Source: an uncultured Prevotellaceae bacterium (GTDB lineage: Bacteria; Bacteroidota; Bacteroidia; Bacteroidales; Muribaculaceae). Taken from it: a stretch of DNA of 64,000 nucleotides. The notes below the pieces were generated by a model. It was not told where the DNA came from. It made no database searches and worked only from the letters and a program-made list of their open reading frames with translations. Positions 57,938 through 64,000 of this stretch are shown here, piece after piece. The stretch's first letter is position 1. Each line of letters opens with the position of its first letter. A program made the translations under genes and the position numbers. Location: positions 18,689-82,688 of the forward strand of contig ONJS01000002.1 of assembly GCA_900318205.1 (NCBI GenBank), written 5' to 3'.

Positions 57938-59782
57938 ATGGCAGAAACAAAGAAATTGTTCGACCAATTCGCGCCTGTCACTCCCGAGGAGTGGCGTGCC
58001 AAGGCCGAAGTTGACCTGAAAGGGGCCGACTTTGAGAAGAAAATGGTTTGGCGGACAAATGAGGGTTTCAATGCCCAGCCGCTGTATCGCAGCGTGGACA
58101 TTGCTGACCTGAAGCAGACCAAATCACTCCCCGGCGAGTTCCCCTATGTCCGCGGAACACGCTACAACAACGACTGGAAGGTGCGCCAGAACATCGATGT
58201 CAACGATGTTAAGGCTGCCAATGCTAAGGCAATTGAGGTGCTCGGCAAGGGCATCAATTCGATTGGCTTCCACATGCATGGTGCTGATGTAGACCTGAAG
58301 GAACTCTTCAAGGGCATCTCCCTTCCCGCTTGTGAAATCAACATCATGTGCTGCCCCAAGTGCGCCATCAAGTATGCCAATGAGCTTGTTGCACTCTGCA
58401 AGGAGCTCGGCTGCGAGGACACCTTCGTGGGTAGTATCACCTTCAACCCGTTCAAGCGTACCTTCAAGCACGGTGAGCCCTTCCCTGGCGACATCGTTGC
58501 CATGGCTACCGAACTGATGAATGCCGTGAAGCCCGTCGCTCACCTGCGCGTGCTCAGCGTTGACTCGCTGGCACTGAACAACGCTGGTGCCTACATCTAC
58601 CAGGAGCTGGGTTATGCCCTGGCTTGGGGTGCCGAGTGGATGGCCATGCTGACCGAGGCTGGTTTCTCAGCCGATGAGGTGGCAAACCGCATCAAGTTCA
58701 ACATGGGCGTTTCGACGGTTTACTTCATGGAGATTGCCAAGTTCCGCGCTGCACGCGAGCTGTGGGCACTCATCGTGAAGCAGTTCAATCCCGCTAACGA
58801 CTACTCGTGCATGATGAACGTCAATGCCGAGACCAGCCGTTACAACCAGACAATCTATGACAGCTATGTGAACCTGCTCCGCAGCCAGACCGAGGCCATG
58901 AGTGCCGCCCTGGCTTGTGTAGATTCTATCGTTGTAACCCCGTTTGACGCTCCCTATAAGGAGAGCGACGACTTCAGCGAGCGCATCGCCCGCAACCAGC
59001 AGATTCTGCTCAAGGAAGAGAGCCACCTCGACAAGGTCGTTGACCCCGCCGGCGGTTCCTACTATGTGGAGATGCTGACCAAGAACCTCGCCGAGCAGGG
59101 CTGGAAGCTCTTCCTCGATGTTGAGGACAAGGGTGGTTTCAAGGCTGCCCTCGAGAGCGGTGACATTATTAAGGCCGTTAACACTACTGCCATGGAGCGC
59201 TTCGATAAGGTCGCCAAGCGCCGTGAGCAGCTGCTGGGTACCAACCAGTTCCCCAACTTCACCGAGAAGGCTGCCGACAAGGCTGACGCCTGCAAGGAGT
59301 GCAACTGCCACTGCAGCTGCAACCACGAGGAGACTGAGGGTGCTGTAACGCTCAACACCAAGCGCCTGGCCACGCAGTTCGAGGAGGTTCGCCTCGCTAC
59401 CGAGCATGCTGCCAACACGCCCAAGGTGTTCATGCTCACCATTGGTAACCTGGCTATGCGCCTCGCTCGTGCCCAGTTCAGCGACAACTTCTTCGCTTGC
59501 GCTGGTTATGAGCTGATCGACAACAACGGTTTCAAGACCGTCAAGGAAGGTATGGACGCCGCTATGGAGAAGAAGGCCGACGTTGTTGTGCTCTGCTCCA
59601 GTGACGACGAGTATGCCGCTCTGATTCCCGAGGCTGTGAAGGAACTCAACGGCCGTGCCGAGCTCGTGCTCGCAGGTCCCGAGACCGACGAATTCAAGGC
59701 TATGGGTATCACCAACTTTATCAATGTTCGCACCAACGTGCTTGCTACGTTAAAAGCCTTCAACGCTAAACTTTTAAAATGA
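57938..59782 (+). CDS. mutA: Methylmalonyl-CoA mutase small subunit
   Basis: [19 protein letters not shown], lacks DxHxxG; precedes the large subunit. Confidence 0.92.
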   Translation: MAETKKLFDQFAPVTPEEWRAKAEVDLKGADFEKKMVWRTNEGFNAQPLYRSVDIADLKQTKSLPGEFPYVRGTRYNNDWKVRQNIDVNDVKAANAKAIEVLGKGINSIGFHMHGADVDLKELFKGISLPACEINIMCCPKCAIKYANELVALCKELGCEDTFVGSITFNPFKRTFKHGEPFPGDIVAMATELMNAVKPVAHLRVLSVDSLALNNAGAYIYQELGYALAWGAEWMAMLTEAGFSADEVANRIKFNMGVSTVYFMEIAKFRAARELWALIVKQFNPANDYSCMMNVNAETSRYNQTIYDSYVNLLRSQTEAMSAALACVDSIVVTPFDAPYKESDDFSERIARNQQILLKEESHLDKVVDPAGGSYYVEMLTKNLAEQGWKLFLDVEDKGGFKAALESGDIIKAVNTTAMERFDKVAKRREQLLGTNQFPNFTEKAADKADACKECNCHCSCNHEETEGAVTLNTKRLATQFEEVRLATEHAANTPKVFMLTIGNLAMRLARAQFSDNFFACAGYELIDNNGFKTVKEGMDAAMEKKADVVVLCSSDDEYAALIPEAVKELNGRAELVLAGPETDEFKAMGITNFINVRTNVLATLKAFNAKLLK

Positions 59783-59792
59783 CGAGACGACT

Positions 59793-61931
59793 ATGAGACC
59801 GAATTTTAAGAATATAGATATTGCTAATGATGCTTTTAATGTAAAGCACAATCCCCTTCCCAAGGGCGAGGTGTGGAAGAATGCCGAGTTGATCGACATT
59901 AAGCCCATTTACACTCACGAGGACATCGAGGGTCTGGAGCACCTGGAGTTTGTTGCCGGTATTCCTCCCTTCCTGGGTGGTCCTTATTCGCTGATGTACC
60001 CGTTCCGTCCGTGGACCGTCCGTCAGTACGCTGGTTTCTCGACCGCTGCCGAGTCCAACGCCTTCTACCGCCGCAACCTGGCTTCGGGCCAGAAGGGCCT
60101 GTCCGTAGCTTTTGACCTTCCCACCCACCGTGGCTACAATGCCGATAACCCCCGCGTTGTCGGTGACGTCGGCAAGGCCGGTGTTTCCATCTGCTCGGTC
60201 GAGGACATGAAGGTCCTGTTCGACGGTATCCCCTTGAACAAGATGTCAGTGTCCATGACCATGAACGGTGCCGTGCTACCCATCATGGCGTTCTACATCG
60301 TTTCAGGTCTGGAGCAGGGTGCTAAGCTCGAGGAAATGCAGGGTACGATCCAGAACGATATCTTGAAGGAGTTCATGGTGCGCAACACCTATATTTATCC
60401 TCCCAAGTTCTCGATGCAGATCATCGCCAGCATCTTTGAGTACACCTCTAAGTATATGCCCAAGTTCAACTCGATCTCGATTTCGGGTTACCACATGCAG
60501 GAAGCCGGTGCTACCGCCGACATCGAGCTGGCTTACACGCTGGCCGACGGTATGGACTACATCCGCACTGGTGTGAATGCAGGTCTGTCGGTTGACGCTT
60601 TTGCTCCCCGTCTGTCGTTCTTCTGGGGCATCTCGATGAACTTCTTCACCGAGATTGCCAAGATGCGTGCCGGCCGTCTGTTGTGGGCCAAGATCGTGAA
60701 GAGCTTCGGTGCCGAGAATCCCAAGTCAATGTCGCTGCGTACCCACAGCCAGACCTCTGGTTGGTCGCTGACCGCCCAGGATCCCTTCAACAACGTGGGC
60801 CGCACCTGTATCGAGGCTATGGCAGCAGCCCAGGGTCACACCCAGTCGCTCCACACCAACGCCCTCGACGAGGCTATCGCACTGCCCACCGACTTCTCGG
60901 CTCGTATCGCCCGTAACACCCAGATCTACATCCAGCAGGAGACCTATATCACCAAGGTTATCGATCCTTGGGCAGGTTCCTACTATGTAGAGGCTCTGAC
61001 CAACGAACTCGTGCAGAAGGCATGGGCTCACATCGAGGAGATTGAGAAGCTTGGCGGTATGGCCAAGGCTATCGAGACCGGTGTGCCCAAGATGCGTATC
61101 GAGGAAGCTGCAGCCCGTACCCAGGCCCGCATCGACAGTGGCCGCCAGACCATCGTCGGCATCAACAAGTATGCCCTCGAGAAGGAGGCTCCCATCGACA
61201 TCCTGGAGATCGACAATACCGAGGTTCGCAAGGAACAGGTAGAGGGTCTCGAGAAACTGCGTGCCAACCGTGACGAGGCTAAGGTTAAGGCCGACCTCGC
61301 CGCTATCACCGAGTGTGTGAAGACGGGTAAGGGCAACCTGCTCGAACTCGCTGTCGAGGCTGCTAAGGACCGCGCTTCGCTGGGTGAGATTTCAGATGCC
61401 TGCGAGGAAATCGTGGGACGTTATAAAGCTGTCGTTAAAACCATTTCAGGCGTGTATTCAGCAGAAACCAAATCCGATCCCGACCTGGAAGAGGCTCGTC
61501 GCTTGACCGCTCTCTTTGCCAAGAAGGAAGGCCGCCAGCCCCGTATCATGATTGCCAAGATGGGTCAGGACGGTCATGACCGTGGCGCTAAGGTCGTTGC
61601 CACCGGCTATGCCGACTGTGGCTTTGACGTGGACATGGGTCCCTTGTTCCAGACTCCCGAGGAGAGTGCCCGTGAGGCTGTCGAGAACGACGTGAACGTG
61701 CTCGGCGTATCTTCGCTTGCCGCTGGTCACAAGACCCTCGTTCCCGCCGTGATCGAGGAGCTCAAGAAGCTTGGCCGTGAGGATATCATCGTTACCGCTG
61801 GTGGTGTAATCCCCATGCAGGACTACGATTACCTCTACAAGGCAGGTGTAGCAGCCATCTTCGGCCCCGGCACCAACGTCATGAAGAGTGCCATCGAGGT
61901 GATGCACATCCTCCTCGACGACGCCGAGTAA
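59793..61931 (+). CDS. scpA: Methylmalonyl-CoA mutase large (B12-binding) subunit
   Basis: [29 protein letters not shown]. Confidence 0.96.
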   Translation: MRPNFKNIDIANDAFNVKHNPLPKGEVWKNAELIDIKPIYTHEDIEGLEHLEFVAGIPPFLGGPYSLMYPFRPWTVRQYAGFSTAAESNAFYRRNLASGQKGLSVAFDLPTHRGYNADNPRVVGDVGKAGVSICSVEDMKVLFDGIPLNKMSVSMTMNGAVLPIMAFYIVSGLEQGAKLEEMQGTIQNDILKEFMVRNTYIYPPKFSMQIIASIFEYTSKYMPKFNSISISGYHMQEAGATADIELAYTLADGMDYIRTGVNAGLSVDAFAPRLSFFWGISMNFFTEIAKMRAGRLLWAKIVKSFGAENPKSMSLRTHSQTSGWSLTAQDPFNNVGRTCIEAMAAAQGHTQSLHTNALDEAIALPTDFSARIARNTQIYIQQETYITKVIDPWAGSYYVEALTNELVQKAWAHIEEIEKLGGMAKAIETGVPKMRIEEAAARTQARIDSGRQTIVGINKYALEKEAPIDILEIDNTEVRKEQVEGLEKLRANRDEAKVKADLAAITECVKTGKGNLLELAVEAAKDRASLGEISDACEEIVGRYKAVVKTISGVYSAETKSDPDLEEARRLTALFAKKEGRQPRIMIAKMGQDGHDRGAKVVATGYADCGFDVDMGPLFQTPEESAREAVENDVNVLGVSSLAAGHKTLVPAVIEELKKLGREDIIVTAGGVIPMQDYDYLYKAGVAAIFGPGTNVMKSAIEVMHILLDDAE

Positions 61932-61965
61932 TCCCCGGTTTTAAAACGGACATCTCAACTTAATT

Positions 61966-62005
61966 ATCAAGTGGGTCACAGCGATTTTGCCGTGACCCAC
62001 TTGAT
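61966..62005. terminator. Terminator after the mutase operon
   Basis: atcaagtgggtcac / gtgacccacttgat. Confidence 0.85.
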
Positions 62006-62074
62006 TTTCTATATTTAAGGTAGTGTTCTTATTGTCTACGTATTGCGAGCTTCCGGCTCGCACAAGAGTCAGGT

Positions 62075-63160
62075 TTACTCGGGAGAGACTGTGATGACGG
62101 CGTATTCTGAGTCGGTGCCGATGCGGAACTTGCCGCCCCAGATGCCTAGACCGGAGCTGACGTAATAGTCGGTGTTGCCACGGCGATACTGGCCGTAGTC
62201 ACATTCATACATTTTCTTGGTCACCCAGTTCAGTGGCCAAACCTGACCGCGATGCGTATGTCCGCTCAACTGCAGGTCCACGCCGTTCTTCTCGGCTTCT
62301 TCCAGTTGGAATGGCTGATGATCAAGCATGATGATGTAATTGCCGCGTGTAACGCCTTGCATCAGTTGTTCGACGCTCTTGCGAGCACGATTGCTGCGGT
62401 CATCACGGCCGATAATGGTTACATCACCGATGACTATAGTTGAATCCCGTAACAGGCAGATACTGGTTTGGTTGATAAGGTCAATCGATTTGTCAATACC
62501 CGTAATATACTCGTGGTTTCCCAAGCAAGCGATGGTCGGGGCATTGAAGCGCTTCAGTTCATCGGCTGTCCCTTGGGCAAGCAGCGGACGCACATTGCCG
62601 TCAATCATATCCCCGGCAATGAGGATGAGATCGGCTTGCTCGGCATTGATCATGTTCACCCAGCGGCCCACCTCGGCGCGCGGATTGTGGAAACCGGCAT
62701 GAAGGTCGCTCAACATCACAATTTTCAATGGGCGTTCAAGGTGCTTATTGGTCGTAATCTTGATTTCCTGGCGTTGTTTGTTATGGTAGTGGATATTGCC
62801 GCCGATGAAGGTTACCAGCATGATGCCGGTAATAACCAGTGAGGTAATGCCGTTGCTCTTGAGCCATGTGGCGGGCACCAAATGGATGAGTCGCCCGATG
62901 TCCAGCAGCAGAAACGTCATCAACAGGTAGAACATGATGATGAGCCACGAGTTGCCGATTTCATACATTGCTGTGGCCATCCCCAGGGGAACGCTGTCGC
63001 TCTTGAACTGTAATACCATGCATCCCAGTGCTGCCAGCATGAGCAGAACGATAATGAGTTTCACCGGTGTGGAGAAGGGTAGCACGCGCCAAACGTGCCA
63101 TGTTACAAAACCCTGCATGACCAGCATGACGGTCAATGCTACAATAAAGAATTTTGCCAT
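62075..63160 (-). CDS. Membrane-anchored metallophosphoesterase (YkuE/YaeI-like)
   Basis: SDLH, GDMID, GNHE, DHQP, SGHTHRGQ; start moved to MAKFFI. Confidence 0.88.
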   Translation of the reverse strand: MAKFFIVALTVMLVMQGFVTWHVWRVLPFSTPVKLIIVLLMLAALGCMVLQFKSDSVPLGMATAMYEIGNSWLIIMFYLLMTFLLLDIGRLIHLVPATWLKSNGITSLVITGIMLVTFIGGNIHYHNKQRQEIKITTNKHLERPLKIVMLSDLHAGFHNPRAEVGRWVNMINAEQADLILIAGDMIDGNVRPLLAQGTADELKRFNAPTIACLGNHEYITGIDKSIDLINQTSICLLRDSTIVIGDVTIIGRDDRSNRARKSVEQLMQGVTRGNYIIMLDHQPFQLEEAEKNGVDLQLSGHTHRGQVWPLNWVTKKMYECDYGQYRRGNTDYYVSSGLGIWGGKFRIGTDSEYAVITVSPE

Positions 63161-63260
63161 ATTGTCATTTTTTTGATGGCAAAAGTAGTAAAAAAACTTT
63201 TCTTTCAATATGATGTGCACAATAATAAGTAACTTTGCAGCACAAACATTGATGATTCTG

Positions 63261-64000
63261 ATGAAAGAGAAGGATTTATTGCAGACAGTGCAGCAGCGCA
63301 TGGGAATTGATGCTCTTAACGAGATGCAGCAAATGGCTTTAGAGAAGTGGAAATCGGGCGGGGGAGACCTCATCCTCTATTCCCCTACGGGTACCGGAAA
63401 GACGTTGGCTTTCTCGCTGTGTCTGTTACAGGCTCTCAAGCCACCGATGCAGCAGTTGCAGGCAGTTGTGATGGCACCCTCGCGCGAACTGGTGATGCAG
63501 ACCGCCGAAATTCTGCGTGTCCTTGCCGAGGGTTATAAGGTGACACCTTGCTACGGCGGACATACCGTGGCCGACGAGAAGGCATCGCTCGCTGTCACCC
63601 CTGACATCATTGTTGCGACACCAGGCCGATTGCTGGACCATCACAAGCGCGGCCACATCGACTTGCGTGGCACCCGACTGCTTGTCCTTGATGAGATGGA
63701 CAAGTCATTGGAGCTGGGCTTTGAAGACGAGATGCGTCAGATCATCAAGCAGATGCCACGTATCAACCGCCGCATCCTTGCTTCGGCAACCGTCCTTGAC
63801 GTCGTACCCGATTTTGTGCGCCTCCACAATCCTTTCACCCTCAATGTGCTGGAAGGAAAAGAGCAACCTGCCGAACGAATAAAAGTCTGGCAAGTGGTCT
63901 CCGACAGCAAGGACAAACTCGATACCCTTCGTCAACTGCTGCTCACGCTGGGTGGCGAGAAGACCATTGTGTTTGCCAATTACCGTGAGAGTGTGGAGCG
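63261..64000 (+). CDS. DEAD-box RNA helicase, N-terminal part (runs off the window; absent from the ORF track)
   Basis: My translation: SPTGTGKTLAF, PSREL, TPGRL, VLDEMD, SAT; TAACTTTG at 63230-63237. Confidence 0.9.
   Translation, partial: MKEKDLLQTVQQRMGIDALNEMQQMALEKWKSGGGDLILYSPTGTGKTLAFSLCLLQALKPPMQQLQAVVMAPSRELVMQTAEILRVLAEGYKVTPCYGGHTVADEKASLAVTPDIIVATPGRLLDHHKRGHIDLRGTRLLVLDEMDKSLELGFEDEMRQIIKQMPRINRRILASATVLDVVPDFVRLHNPFTLNVLEGKEQPAERIKVWQVVSDSKDKLDTLRQLLLTLGGEKTIVFANYRESVE

Noticed and set aside
63685-63710. DEMD instead of DEAD in the helicase
   Set aside because: A tolerated DExD variant; the other motifs are intact.

Overview
A 64 kb chromosomal window from a Bacteroidales bacterium. 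Evidence: TAnnTTTG promoters, AT-rich Shine-Dalgarno-free starts, and Bacteroidota-type gene families. The many dockerin-tailed secreted proteins suggest a Muribaculaceae-like gut or rumen lineage (inference). Housekeeping backbone: tatC, nrnA, glmM, groESL, cca, rho, ruvX, def, nth, pheS, pta-ackA, pgk, galK-galM, mutA-scpA and a DEAD-box helicase. The main accessory locus is a nine-gene cluster after groEL (15953-25126). It encodes a stand-alone LytTR, two FHA proteins, a very acidic repeat protein, a signal-peptide-bearing caspase-like protease, a membrane PP2C phosphatase, a membrane non-RD Ser/Thr kinase and two PEGA/FGE-sulfatase-fold proteins, and reads as a complete trans-envelope phospho-signalling and proteolysis circuit. 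Other highlights: four non-enzymatic secreted proteins ending in type I dockerins, an in-frame CCA-adding enzyme/Ogt fusion, a small RNA with its own promoter and terminator, a 183 bp MITE-like element, REP-like and heptamer repeats, and a sigma-54-type promoter before groES. I saw no tRNA, rRNA, CRISPR array, transposase or integrase. All domain calls come from motif recognition by eye, not from database searches.
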